A DNA stretch of 64,000 nucleotides. Origin: an uncultured Anaerolinea sp. GTDB lineage: Bacteria; Chloroflexota; Limnocylindria; Limnocylindrales; CSP1-4. Both the position numbers and the translations under genes were made by a program. The notes beneath the pieces are model-generated. The model had not been told where the DNA came from, did no database searches, and worked only from the letters and a program-made list of their open reading frames with translations. The stretch covers positions 55,237 to 119,236 of the forward strand of contig CAZVDO010000001.1 in assembly GCA_964625345.1 (NCBI GenBank). Reading direction: 5' to 3'. This document shows, piece after piece, positions 46,985-56,051 of the stretch. Position 1 is the first letter of the stretch; each line of letters begins with the position of its first letter.

Positions 46985-48064
46985 GTGACCACTGAGGCGA
47001 ATGCGCCTGCCGGTTCCACGCCGGCCGTCTGGCGGCTCGAGAGTGACACGGGGAGCATGGCGCCTCGATCGGCGCTCGATGTCCTCGTCGACCTGAATGA
47101 CAAGGTCGTCAGCGGCAGGCTGGGCGAATACCAGCCGGTGCCGCTCGGGTTCACGCCAATGGACAAGACCATCGGCGGCGGCCTTCGCCCCGGCGAACTC
47201 CTGCTCATCGGCGGCGCCCAGGGCACCGGCAAGACCACGATGGCGCTCCAGATGGCGCGCAACGTCGCGGCGTCCGGGCAGGCGAGCGTGCTGTACATCT
47301 GCTTCGAGCACGACGAGGCCTACCTGTTGAACCGGCTCATCGCCCTGGAGTCCGCGCTCGCGCACATGCCCCAAAAGGCCGGCGCGGTCAAGATCCAGGA
47401 CGTGCGCCGCGAGATCGTCGGCACCTGGTCGGCCGAGGGCAGCGAGCCCCCGAACCTGGCCAACAACCCGCGCCTGCGGCCGTCCCTCGACCGGATCGCC
47501 CGCTACGGGCAGAACCTCTTCCTGCTCCGGGGCTCGGCGACGGCCAGCACGATCCCGAACATGCGGGCGCTCGTCCAGCAGTACCGGGAGCTGGCCGGTG
47601 ATCGGCGGCTCATGGTGGTCGTCGACTACCTGCAGAAGGTGCCCCAGATCCCCGAGCCGGACACCGAGACCGAGAAGGTCACGTACGTGGTCAACGGGCT
47701 CAAGGACATCGCGCTCTCGGAAGAGGTCCCGATGATCGCGATCGTGGCCGCCGACAAGGAGGGCCTCAAGGCCTCCCGTCTCCGGAACTTCCACCTGCGG
47801 GGTTCGTCGGCGATCAACTACGAGGCCGACATCATCGTCATCCTCAACGAGAAGTACCACATCGTCGCCAAGGTCAACATCGAGTTCAACCCGTACCAGG
47901 CGCAGCGCTTCCGGGACTGGGTGATCGTCTCGGTCGAGAAGAACCGCGGCGGCCAGGACAACGTGGACCTCGAGTTCGAGAAGCACTTCGAGTACTCCTG
48001 CTTCGACCCGAATGGGCGGACGGTGCAGGAGAAGCTCATCGAGGAGCGCCTCTACAACGACTGA
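46985..48064 (+). CDS. standalone RecA-superfamily ATPase of the DnaB C-terminal / RadA / KaiC type
   Basis: GTG at 46985 is preceded by GGGAGGA. LGFTPMDKTIGGGLRPGELLLIGGAQGTGKTTMALQMA (Walker A), Walker B MVVVDYLQK, and an Arg-finger-like region. No DnaB N-terminal domain, no RadA zinc finger, no Lon domain. Confidence 0.65.
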   Translation: MTTEANAPAGSTPAVWRLESDTGSMAPRSALDVLVDLNDKVVSGRLGEYQPVPLGFTPMDKTIGGGLRPGELLLIGGAQGTGKTTMALQMARNVAASGQASVLYICFEHDEAYLLNRLIALESALAHMPQKAGAVKIQDVRREIVGTWSAEGSEPPNLANNPRLRPSLDRIARYGQNLFLLRGSATASTIPNMRALVQQYRELAGDRRLMVVVDYLQKVPQIPEPDTETEKVTYVVNGLKDIALSEEVPMIAIVAADKEGLKASRLRNFHLRGSSAINYEADIIVILNEKYHIVAKVNIEFNPYQAQRFRDWVIVSVEKNRGGQDNVDLEFEKHFEYSCFDPNGRTVQEKLIEERLYND

Positions 48065-48074
48065 CCGCCGGCTG

Positions 48075-48154
48075 ATCCGGCCCGGCGCGGCGTTGGCGGC
48101 TGCGGTCCTCGCTCACGCACACGGACGTGCGCTCGCTCCGGTCCTCGCCGCCGC
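48075..48154. repeat. 80 bp direct repeat, copy 1
   Basis: atccggcccggcgcggcgttggcggctgcggtcctcgctcacgcacacggacgtgcgctcgctccggtcctcgccgccgc is identical to 48198-48277. Confidence 0.85.
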
Positions 48155-48197
48155 CTTGCGGCGGGCTCGGCTGAGCCGGCGGGCGAGCGTCGCACCC

Positions 48198-48277
48198 ATC
48201 CGGCCCGGCGCGGCGTTGGCGGCTGCGGTCCTCGCTCACGCACACGGACGTGCGCTCGCTCCGGTCCTCGCCGCCGC
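48198..48277. repeat. 80 bp direct repeat, copy 2
   Basis: 80/80 identical to 48075-48154, separated from it by 43 bp. Intergenic, between the DnaB_C-like gene and ppa. Confidence 0.85.
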
Positions 48278-48320
48278 GCTGAACGCAGGGCGGCGCCCGG
48301 CGCAAGACCGCGGCCCGCGG

Positions 48321-48326
48321 TAGAGT
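48321..48326 (+). promoter_or_regulatory. -10 hexamer TAGAGT giving a leaderless ppa transcript
   Basis: TAGAGT ends 6 nt before the ATG at 48333. Confidence 0.3.
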
Positions 48327-48332
48327 CGGTTG

Positions 48333-48851
48333 ATGCAGGCGCGTGCAGCATTCCCGGCTGTCATCGAGGTGGTCGTCGAGATCCCCCGCGGCAGCCGCAA
48401 CAAGTACGAGTTCGACGAGGCGGCCGGCGTATTCCGCCTCGATCGGGTCCTGTCGTCGGCTGTCTACTACAACTTCGACTACGGATTCGTCGAGGGCACG
48501 CGCGCCGATGACGGCGATCACACGGATGCGCTCCTGGTCATCGACGAGCCGACGTTCACGGGTTGCCACGTATGGGCTCGCCCCGTCGGCGTCCTCGAGA
48601 TGCGCGACGAGAAGGGGGCCGACTACAAGGTGCTCTGCGTCGCCGAGGGCGACGCCCACCAGGCGCACATCGAGCGGCTCGACCAGATCCGCCCGCATCG
48701 CCTCGTCGAGATCGAGCACTTCTTCGAGACCTACAAGCTGCTCGAGGACAAGACCGTCGAGGTCCTCGGATGGGGCGACCGGGATCGGGCCCTGGAGATC
48801 CTGATCCAGGACCACGCGACGTGGCGTCGCGAACAGGCGGCGTCGTCCTGA
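48333..48851 (+). CDS. ppa: inorganic pyrophosphatase (family I)
   Basis: The active-site blocks are EIPRGSRNKYE, DGD and YNFDYGFV. Confidence 0.9.
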   Translation: MQARAAFPAVIEVVVEIPRGSRNKYEFDEAAGVFRLDRVLSSAVYYNFDYGFVEGTRADDGDHTDALLVIDEPTFTGCHVWARPVGVLEMRDEKGADYKVLCVAEGDAHQAHIERLDQIRPHRLVEIEHFFETYKLLEDKTVEVLGWGDRDRALEILIQDHATWRREQAASS

Positions 48852-48934
48852 ACGGCGCCGCGCCGGACCGCGACCACGGTCGCCTCGGCCCGACGGCCGG
48901 TCGAGTTCCGGGTGGCATCCCGCGCCTCTTCGTG

Positions 48935-49504
48935 GCGACTCCCGTACCTCGGGACGTCGCCGCGCGGGTCGGCGACGTCGTGGAACGTGTGGCGACGGAC
49001 CTCGGCGAGGCCGGCCGACGTGTCCGCTGGGTCCAGATGGACGGCCTGCATGTCACGCTCCGATTCCTCGGGCCGACCGACCCGGCGCTGGTCCCAACGG
49101 TGGCGGCCGCGGTGGATGCCGCCGCGACGACGGTCCGCGCGTTCGCGGTGCGCCTCGGAGGTGCCGGCGGCTTTCCCGAGCTCCAACACCCACGCGCCCT
49201 GTGGCTGGGCATCCGCGAGGGCGCCGGGGAGCTCGGCCAGCTGTCGGATGCGTTGTCCGCGAGCCTGTCGACGCGCGGGTTCTCGATCGATCCACGCCCG
49301 TTCCGGCCGCACCTGACCATCGCCCGCACCGACGGCGTGCGGGCCGGCCCGGCGGCGGCCGCCGGTCTCGTCGCCGCGGCCGCGGGCCTGGACCTCGCGT
49401 TCACCGTCCCGGAGCTCGTGCTCTATCGCAGCCACCTCGGGCACGGCCCGGCCCGATACGAGGCGCTTCACCGGGCACCGCTCGGGACCGGGATCGAGCA
49501 ATGA
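48935..49504 (+). CDS. thpR: RNA 2',3'-cyclic phosphodiesterase (2H phosphoesterase, ThpR/LigT-like)
   Basis: Two H-x-T/S-x motifs (HVTLRF and HLTIAR). Start GTG at about 48935 (VATPVPRDV); ORF top at 48563. Confidence 0.65.
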   Translation, partial: ATPVPRDVAARVGDVVERVATDLGEAGRRVRWVQMDGLHVTLRFLGPTDPALVPTVAAAVDAAATTVRAFAVRLGGAGGFPELQHPRALWLGIREGAGELGQLSDALSASLSTRGFSIDPRPFRPHLTIARTDGVRAGPAAAAGLVAAAAGLDLAFTVPELVLYRSHLGHGPARYEALHRAPLGTGIEQ

Positions 49505-49584
49505 CCCGCAGGGACCGCGTGTCGCTGCTACGATCGAGGCCTTCCCCGCGTTTCCCGAGGACCGACGACCGTGCCTGACCGTCG

Positions 49585-50334
49585 ATGACCGCCGCCCAGC
49601 GACTCCGCCTCGTGCTCGCGCTCGGCACCGTGAACTTCGTGCTCGCGGTCGTCGCCTTCGCCGCGATCGCCGGGGGACCGAGCCAGCAGGTGGCGGGAGC
49701 CAGCGCGACCCCGGGCCGGACCGACGCCGCCGTCGCGTCCCCGATCCCGACGCCGGCCGGGACACCCGGGCACACGACTCCACCCGCGACGGCGGCACCG
49801 ACGCCGCCGCAGCCGACCCCCTCCGGCACGCCTGCGCCGACCGAGGTCCCGTCGCCCACCTCCGGTCCGGTTGCGGTGGCCACGAGAGGTCCGGTGATTG
49901 CGCCACACACCGCGGCGCCCGCCACGAGCGCACCGGCAACTGCCGCTCCGGCCACGAGCGGCCCCCAGCCGCCGCCCGATCCGAACGACGATCACGATGC
50001 CGATCGAACCCACCCGCCGTGCCCGGGTAGCGTCGACGGCGCCCCGGGCCACCACAAGGTGACGGGGCCGCGCCTGCGTCCATGCCGCGGCGGTGAGCAC
50101 GCCGGCGATACGGCGCCGCCGCACGTCGTCACGACGTCTCCCGGTCGCGAGGTCGGCCGCATATCGTCGAGCTCGACTGCAGACCCGGCCGGGGACACGC
50201 CTGAGCGCGAACACGGCAAGGGTGATCACGGCAAGCGAGATCGCGGCAAGGGCAGCACGGACGACCGGGACCATCCCGCGACGCCCGGCAAGGTGCGCGG
50301 ACATCGCGCCCGCGCGCGCTCCGCGGTGGCCTGA
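49585..50334 (+). CDS. hypothetical Pro/Thr/Ala-rich membrane-anchored protein with a His/Lys/Asp-rich tail
   Basis: Signal anchor LALGTVNFVLAVVAFAAIA, then a PT-rich linker and a tail reading HGKGDHGKRDRGKG. TACGAT -10 at 49529-49534. Confidence 0.4.
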   Translation: MTAAQRLRLVLALGTVNFVLAVVAFAAIAGGPSQQVAGASATPGRTDAAVASPIPTPAGTPGHTTPPATAAPTPPQPTPSGTPAPTEVPSPTSGPVAVATRGPVIAPHTAAPATSAPATAAPATSGPQPPPDPNDDHDADRTHPPCPGSVDGAPGHHKVTGPRLRPCRGGEHAGDTAPPHVVTTSPGREVGRISSSSTADPAGDTPEREHGKGDHGKRDRGKGSTDDRDHPATPGKVRGHRARARSAVA

Positions 50335-50437
50335 CCGTATCGCCGAGGATCACGGGGCGCGCCGCGCTCGAGGCTCCGGCGCACGCCGGACGGGTCGCGC
50401 GTAGGATCTGGCCGCGAGCCAACGCGATGGGGGACCG

Positions 50438-50719
50438 ATGCCAAGGATCATCTGCCGGAACTGTGGTCGCGAGGTCTACGCGACGGCCACGGTCGAACAA
50501 CTCTTCAACGACGAGCGACGCTGTCCGCGCTGCGGCGCACCGCTCCAGAACGACCGCCGCGGCCCGGATCGCCGGTCGGCACAGCGCCGCCAGAACCCAG
50601 CGACCGACCCGGGTCCGCCGAGCGGCGACGAGCGTCGCACCGCCGAACGACGTGCGGGGAAGCGCCGGCGCGGCGAAACGGGCCTGACCCGCCTCGATGA
50701 CGAGGACTGGCTGAAGTGA
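50438..50719 (+). CDS. hypothetical small zinc-ribbon protein
   Basis: CRNCGREV...CPRCGAP (CxxC-x18-CxxC) followed by a basic Arg-rich tail. TAGGAT 29 nt upstream. Confidence 0.4.
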   Translation: MPRIICRNCGREVYATATVEQLFNDERRCPRCGAPLQNDRRGPDRRSAQRRQNPATDPGPPSGDERRTAERRAGKRRRGETGLTRLDDEDWLK

Positions 50720-51627
50720 TGCCGAGCCTCCCGCGTCGCATCGGGCTGCTCGGATGCGGGCTGATCGGGGGGTCGATCGCGCGTGCCCTCACCACGCGCC
50801 TGCCCCCGGGCGCGCGGCCGACCATCTCCGCGTGGACACGCTCGGGGTCCGGGGCGCAGGCGGCCCGCAGCGCCGGCGTGGTCGACGAGGTCGCACCCAC
50901 CGTCGAAGGGGCGGTCGCCGGCGCGGACCTCATCGTCGTCGCGGTTCCGGCTGCAGAGGCCCTCGGGTTGCTCGACCGCGTCGGGGAGGCGGTACGGGCG
51001 AGCGGGGCGCCACCCGCGTCGGGGCCGGTGGTGACCGACGTTGCCAGCACGAAGGCCCTGATCGGCGACCGGGCGGCGAGCGCCGGCCTCCGATTCGTGG
51101 GCGGGCATCCGATGGCCGGCGCTGAGGCTGCGGGCTTCGGGGCATCCAGCCCGGACCTGTTCCTGGATCGCCCGTGGGTGATCGTCCCACCGCCTGCGCC
51201 CGACCCCGAGGCGACGGCAGCGGTCGAGTGGCTGGCGACCGCCTGCGGCGCCCGGCCCACGACCATGTCCGCCGGCCTGCACGACCGCGCCGTCGCGGCC
51301 ATCAGCCACCTGCCGCTCGTGCTCTCGGCCGCGCTCGTCGAGGCGATGGCGGAGGCCGACGCCGCCGGTGCGTCCACCTGGAACGTGGCGCGCGACCTGG
51401 CCGCCGGCGGCTGGGCATCGATGACCCGCCTCGCCCGCGGCGACGCGCGGATGGGTGCCGGCATCGCCGCGACCAACGGCCCCGCGATGGCCGCCGCGGC
51501 GCGCCGCTTCCGGGCCGAGCTCGATGCCTGGATCGACCTGCTCGAGACCCCCGGCGGTCCGGACCCCGATGCAGCCGAACGGCGGTTCCGGAGGGCGCGC
51601 GAGATCCTTCTCGACGGTGACGGGTGA
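50716..51627 (+). CDS. tyrA: prephenate/arogenate dehydrogenase
   Basis: Rossmann GLLGCGLIGGSIA and the catalytic region FVGGHPMAG. Confidence 0.8.
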   Translation: MMPSLPRRIGLLGCGLIGGSIARALTTRLPPGARPTISAWTRSGSGAQAARSAGVVDEVAPTVEGAVAGADLIVVAVPAAEALGLLDRVGEAVRASGAPPASGPVVTDVASTKALIGDRAASAGLRFVGGHPMAGAEAAGFGASSPDLFLDRPWVIVPPPAPDPEATAAVEWLATACGARPTTMSAGLHDRAVAAISHLPLVLSAALVEAMAEADAAGASTWNVARDLAAGGWASMTRLARGDARMGAGIAATNGPAMAAAARRFRAELDAWIDLLETPGGPDPDAAERRFRRAREILLDGDG

Positions 51628-52241
51628 CGGACCCGGCGCCCGACACCGCGCCCGACGTCGAAGAGCGCGTCCTCGTCATCCCACGAGCCTCGATCCTGGA
51701 CGCCAAGGGCTGGACCGGCGTCCGGGCATGGGACCGTGAGGCCTTCGAGCAGGTGGTCCGACGCGACGGCAGCTTCGAGCGGCGGTCCGTGGCGGAGCAG
51801 GACCCGTCTCGCAAGCAGGTGATCCCGTACCTCGTGCTGCGTGACGGCGACGCCATCTTCCTGATGCGGCGGACCCGGGCCGGCGGTGACACACGCCTCC
51901 ACGATCGTTGGACGATCGGGGTGGGGGGGCACCTGAACCCGGGCGATCGCGATCTTGCCGGCGGGCTGCAGCGGGAGTGGGCGGAGGAGGTCGTGGCGTC
52001 CTTCAGCCCCGACTTCACGTTCGTCGGGCTCCTGAACGACGACCGCGACGCCGTCGGTTCGGTCCACGTCGGCGCCGTGTTCATCGCCGACGCTGGCGGA
52101 CGCCCCGTGGCCATCCGGGAGACGAACAAGCTGGAGGGGGGTTTCGTGGCTGCGTCGGAGGTCGCCGCGGTGCACGAGCGCCTCGAGACCTGGAGTGCGC
52201 TCGTGTTCGAGCACCTGCGGGCCCGCGGGATGGTGGCATAG
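51624..52241 (+). CDS. NUDIX hydrolase
   Basis: GTGA overlap with the tyrA stop. Nudix box GGHLNPGDRDLAGGLQREWAEEV. Confidence 0.65.
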   Translation: MTDPAPDTAPDVEERVLVIPRASILDAKGWTGVRAWDREAFEQVVRRDGSFERRSVAEQDPSRKQVIPYLVLRDGDAIFLMRRTRAGGDTRLHDRWTIGVGGHLNPGDRDLAGGLQREWAEEVVASFSPDFTFVGLLNDDRDAVGSVHVGAVFIADAGGRPVAIRETNKLEGGFVAASEVAAVHERLETWSALVFEHLRARGMVA

Positions 52242-52318
52242 GCCCCAGCCGGCCGGGGCCCGTCGATGTCGCCGGGAGCCTCCTCGCGCGACGGGTGCCA
52301 TACTCGGATCGAGCGCAC

Positions 52319-53650
52319 ATGATCACCATCGGTCGACGTTCGCGCATCGTGGCCCGCCTCGCCATCGCGGCACTGTGGCTGGTGGCCGCTGCCGGTGCCC
52401 GTGGCGCCTCCGGGGACGTCGTGATCCTGCGAGCCACCGGCGTCGTGGATTCGGTCATGGCGGGCTACCTGGCCGAGGGCATCCACGGCGCGGAACGCGA
52501 TGGGGCGAGGGCCGTCGTCATCGAGCTCGATACGCCCGGCGGGAGCCTCGCCGCCACCCAGGACATCGTCACCGCCCTCCTCGAGGCCGACATCCCGACC
52601 ATCGTGTGGGTCGCCCCCGCGGGCGCCCGGGCCGCCTCCGCAGGCACGTTCATCACGCTCGCGGCGAATCTCGCCTACATGGCGCCCGGTACGAACATCG
52701 GGGCCGCCTCGCCGATCGACAGCTCGGGCGGCGATATCGAGGGCACGCTCGGGGAGAAGGTCCGCAACGACGCGGTCGCGAAGATGCGGGCCATCGCCCA
52801 GGAGCGCGATCGGAACGAGGAATGGGCCGTGGCGACCGTGACCGAGGCTCGTTCGTCGCCGGCCTCGGAGGCCGTCGCCGTTGGGGCCGTGGACGGCCTG
52901 GCCGGTTCGATCGAGGCCGTGCTCGCGGCCGCCGACGGCCGGGAGGTCCGGGTGGGTGCCACGATGATCACGCTGGACCTTGCCGGCGCCCCGACGCGAG
53001 AGGCACGCATGAACCCGTTCCAGGGGTTCCTCCACCTGCTCGCCGATCCCAACATCGCCTTCATCCTCTTCTCGCTCGGCTTCTACGGGTTGCTCTTCGA
53101 GCTCCAGAGCCCGAACTTCGTCACCGGCATCCTCGGCGCCCTCGCGATCATCCTCGCCCTCATCGGCTTCGGGAGCCTGCCGCTCAACGTGGCGGGGCTG
53201 CTGCTCATCGCGCTCGCGATCGTCCTCTTCGCCCTCGAGCCGACCGTGACGAGCCACGGCCTGCTCACCGTGGGCGGGATCGTGTGCTTCGTGCTGGGCG
53301 CCTCCGCGCTGTACACGGCCCCCGGGGATCCGCTGGAGCCGGCCGTCCGCGTCGCCCTGCCCCTGCTCGTCGTGATGACGGTGACGGTGGCCGGGTTCGC
53401 CCTGCTGATCGCGGTCACGGTGGTGCGCAGCCGGAGCCTGGTCCCCACCGCGGGGACGGCCGGGTTCGCCCCGGTCATCGGGCTCGTGGGGAGCGTCCGG
53501 CGCCCGCTCGCGCCGCTCGGCTCCGTGTACGTTGGGGGCGAGGAATGGAGCGCTCGAACCGCCGCCGATGCAACGATCGAACGCGGGACGCCGGTCCGCG
53601 TCATCGCCGTGGAGGGGCTCACGCTCATCGTCGAGCCCGACCCGTCATGA
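52319..53650 (+). CDS. long NfeD-family membrane-bound ClpP-class serine protease
   Basis: ATG at 52319 (MITIGRRSRIV...). A ClpP-like N-domain (VIELDTPGGSL...ASAGTFITLAA). Central TM helices. C-terminal OB-fold (VYVGGEEWSART...GTPVRVIAVEGLTLIVEP). Confidence 0.8.
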   Translation: MITIGRRSRIVARLAIAALWLVAAAGARGASGDVVILRATGVVDSVMAGYLAEGIHGAERDGARAVVIELDTPGGSLAATQDIVTALLEADIPTIVWVAPAGARAASAGTFITLAANLAYMAPGTNIGAASPIDSSGGDIEGTLGEKVRNDAVAKMRAIAQERDRNEEWAVATVTEARSSPASEAVAVGAVDGLAGSIEAVLAAADGREVRVGATMITLDLAGAPTREARMNPFQGFLHLLADPNIAFILFSLGFYGLLFELQSPNFVTGILGALAIILALIGFGSLPLNVAGLLLIALAIVLFALEPTVTSHGLLTVGGIVCFVLGASALYTAPGDPLEPAVRVALPLLVVMTVTVAGFALLIAVTVVRSRSLVPTAGTAGFAPVIGLVGSVRRPLAPLGSVYVGGEEWSARTAADATIERGTPVRVIAVEGLTLIVEPDPS

Positions 53651-53705
53651 TCCATCGCAGCGACCGTCGGCCGCCTGCGCCGTTCCCGTCCGCCCGGAGG
53701 TGTTC

Positions 53706-54596
53706 ATGGATACCGTGCTGATTGCCACGATCGCGTTCCTCGTCGTGGTGGCGCTCGTGGTGGTCTACCTGTCGATCCGGGTGGTCCAGCAGTACGAGAA
53801 GATGGTCGTGTTCCGGCTGGGTCGCACCAGCGAATCGATGGTCCGCGACCCGGGCCTCCGGTTCCTCATCCCGATCATCGACCGGCCGGTGAAGGTGGAC
53901 GTGCGCGAGACGTTCATCGAGGTCCCCAGCCAGACCACGATCACGAAGGACAACGCCCCGATCACGGTGGATTTCCTGATCTACTGGCGGATCTCGGATC
54001 CGCTTCGGAGCGTGGTCAACGTGCAGTACTTCGCGGGCGCCCTCCAGGGCGTCGCGACCACGACCCTGCGGGCCGTCATCGGCGACATCCTGCTCGATGA
54101 CGTCCTGTCGCGACGCGAGCAGATCAACGAGGTCCTCCGGACGAAGCTCGACGAGGTCACGGAACGCTGGGGCGGCAAGGTCACGACCGTCGAGATCCGG
54201 GAGATCACCCCGCCGCGCGATGTCCAGGACGCGATGAACCGGCAGCTGTCCGCCGAACGCACGCGGCGCGCGGTCATCACCGAATCGGAAGGCACGCGCC
54301 AGGCCGCGATCAACGTGGCCGAGGGCCAGAAGCAGTCCGAGATCCTCAAGGCCGAGGGCGATCGCCAGGCGGCGATCCTGCGCGCCCAGGGCTTCTCAGA
54401 GGCCCTCCAGCAGATCTTCAACGCGGCCAAGGGCATCGACCAGAAGACGATGGCGCTCCAGTACCTCGAGGCCCTCAAGGCATTGGGTGCGAGCCCGTCC
54501 ACGAAGTTCGTCATCCCGACCGAGTTCACCCGGCTGATCGAACCGTTCACGGGGTTCGTCCAGGGAGGGATGGCCGCCGACAAGCCGGCCGGCTGA
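53706..54596 (+). CDS. SPFH/band-7 stomatin-like protein
   Basis: N-terminal TM. The SPFH core is VQQYEKMVVFRLGR...DVRE...TKDNAPITVDFLIYWRI, followed by a C-terminal coiled-coil. Confidence 0.85.
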   Translation: MDTVLIATIAFLVVVALVVVYLSIRVVQQYEKMVVFRLGRTSESMVRDPGLRFLIPIIDRPVKVDVRETFIEVPSQTTITKDNAPITVDFLIYWRISDPLRSVVNVQYFAGALQGVATTTLRAVIGDILLDDVLSRREQINEVLRTKLDEVTERWGGKVTTVEIREITPPRDVQDAMNRQLSAERTRRAVITESEGTRQAAINVAEGQKQSEILKAEGDRQAAILRAQGFSEALQQIFNAAKGIDQKTMALQYLEALKALGASPSTKFVIPTEFTRLIEPFTGFVQGGMAADKPAG

Positions 54597-54732
54597 TCCG
54601 AGCGCCCGCCGGCCCGCGGGTCGCCGGTCGGCTCGGTCTCCGATTGCGCCCGATATACTCGGCGAGGCCCAGGCCGGGGGTCTCGGCGTTCCGCGCGGTT
54701 CACGCCCACTCCGAGGAGGCTCGCCTGCACGC

Positions 54733-55905
54733 ATGACGAAAATCCTGGTCGTCGACGACGACCCCAATGTCCAGCGCCTGCTGCGCGTCACGCTCAAGCA
54801 GGAGGGCTTCGAGGTCGTTGTCGCCGGCGACGGGGCCGAAGGTCTCCAGCTGTGGGAGACCGAGGCGCCCAACCTGATCCTCCTGGACGTGACGCTGCCC
54901 AAGCTGGATGGGTATGCGGTCGCGACCCGCATCCGCGAGACCGAGGGCAGCGCCGCCCACATCCCGATCATCATGCTGACGGCCGAGAAGGACGTCGAGC
55001 AGAAGGTCCGCGGCCTGCGCGCCGGGGCGGACGACTACCTCGTCAAGCCGTTCCACCAGGCCGAGCTGATCGCCCGGATGAAGAGCCTGCTCGCCCGGTT
55101 CGCGGCGCGGCAGACGGGCGCGGCCGGCCAGGCCCCGCTCGGGAAGCTCATCGCGTTCTACGGCGCGAAGGGCGGGGTGGGCACCACGACGATCGCGATC
55201 AACTCCGCCATCGCCCTCCACGCCGAGGTCGGACGTCGGGTGGCGCTCATGGACGGGGTGTTCCAGTTCGGCGACCACCGGGTCTTCCTGGACCTGGGCA
55301 ACGACCGCAAGAGCATCTCGGACCTGGCCAATGCGCCGGCCGTCGACGCGGACCTCGTCCGGTCGGTCGTGGTGCACCACGATTCGGGGATCGACCTGCT
55401 CCTCGCACCCGCCAATCCCGAGGACAGCGACCTCGTCGGCGAGGCCCTCGTGGTCCAGACGATCGACCAGCTCCGGGCCCAGTACGACTACATCGTCGTC
55501 GACGTCGAGAAGCGGCTCGGCGACGTGACGCTCTCGATCCTCGATCACGCCGACCTCCTGGTCATCGTGATGACCGCCGACCTCTCGTGCCTCAAGAACG
55601 TGCGCCTGGTGCTCGAAGCGCTCGGCCGGATCGGGTTCGACGCCTCGCGCGTGAAGCTCCTCCTGAACCGCTCGAACGCCTTCACCGGCATCAGCGTCCA
55701 GGCGGCCGAGGGTGCGCTCAAGCGGCAGTTCGAATACAAGATCGCCAACGAATACCGGGTCGCGATCAGCGCCCAGAACTCGGGGTCCCCGTTCTCCCAC
55801 ACCAAGGCGGACACGCCGCTCGGACGGGAGATCGAGGCGCTGGCCCGATCGATGGACGGCACGCTCGCGGGCTCCTCCGCGGCCCCGGCCCGCGCCACGC
55901 GCTGA
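54733..55905 (+). CDS. response-regulator receiver domain fused to a ParA/MinD-like (CpaE/TadZ-type) ATPase, copy 2
   Basis: A complete REC domain (phosphoacceptor Asp in LILLDVTLPKLDG, then the conserved Thr and Lys in IIMLTAEKD and LVKPF). Deviant Walker A IAFYGAKGGVGTTTIAINSA. Confidence 0.8.
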   Translation: MTKILVVDDDPNVQRLLRVTLKQEGFEVVVAGDGAEGLQLWETEAPNLILLDVTLPKLDGYAVATRIRETEGSAAHIPIIMLTAEKDVEQKVRGLRAGADDYLVKPFHQAELIARMKSLLARFAARQTGAAGQAPLGKLIAFYGAKGGVGTTTIAINSAIALHAEVGRRVALMDGVFQFGDHRVFLDLGNDRKSISDLANAPAVDADLVRSVVVHHDSGIDLLLAPANPEDSDLVGEALVVQTIDQLRAQYDYIVVDVEKRLGDVTLSILDHADLLVIVMTADLSCLKNVRLVLEALGRIGFDASRVKLLLNRSNAFTGISVQAAEGALKRQFEYKIANEYRVAISAQNSGSPFSHTKADTPLGREIEALARSMDGTLAGSSAAPARATR

Positions 55906-56051
55906 TCACCACGCGCTGATCCCTTCGCCGACACGCCGACGCGGGCCATGCGCCGCACCCGACGGGCGCGGCCACCCGCCTGAATCCCGTGGACCCCGGT
56001 TGCCCGTGACCCGGTGATCCCGGGGTAAGCGGGCCCGGATAGGGTCCGGGC

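Noticed and set aside
48075-48277. Possible CRISPR array.
   Set aside because: Only two repeat copies. The repeat is 80 bp against a typical 24-48 bp. There is no series of unique spacers and no cas genes in the window.
48012-48323. 103 aa ORF spanning both 80 bp repeat copies (it would encode a duplicated Ala-rich peptide).
   Set aside because: It overlaps the 3' end of the DnaB_C-like gene in another frame, has no RBS or start context, and owes its length to the repeat. It is treated as non-coding repeat DNA.
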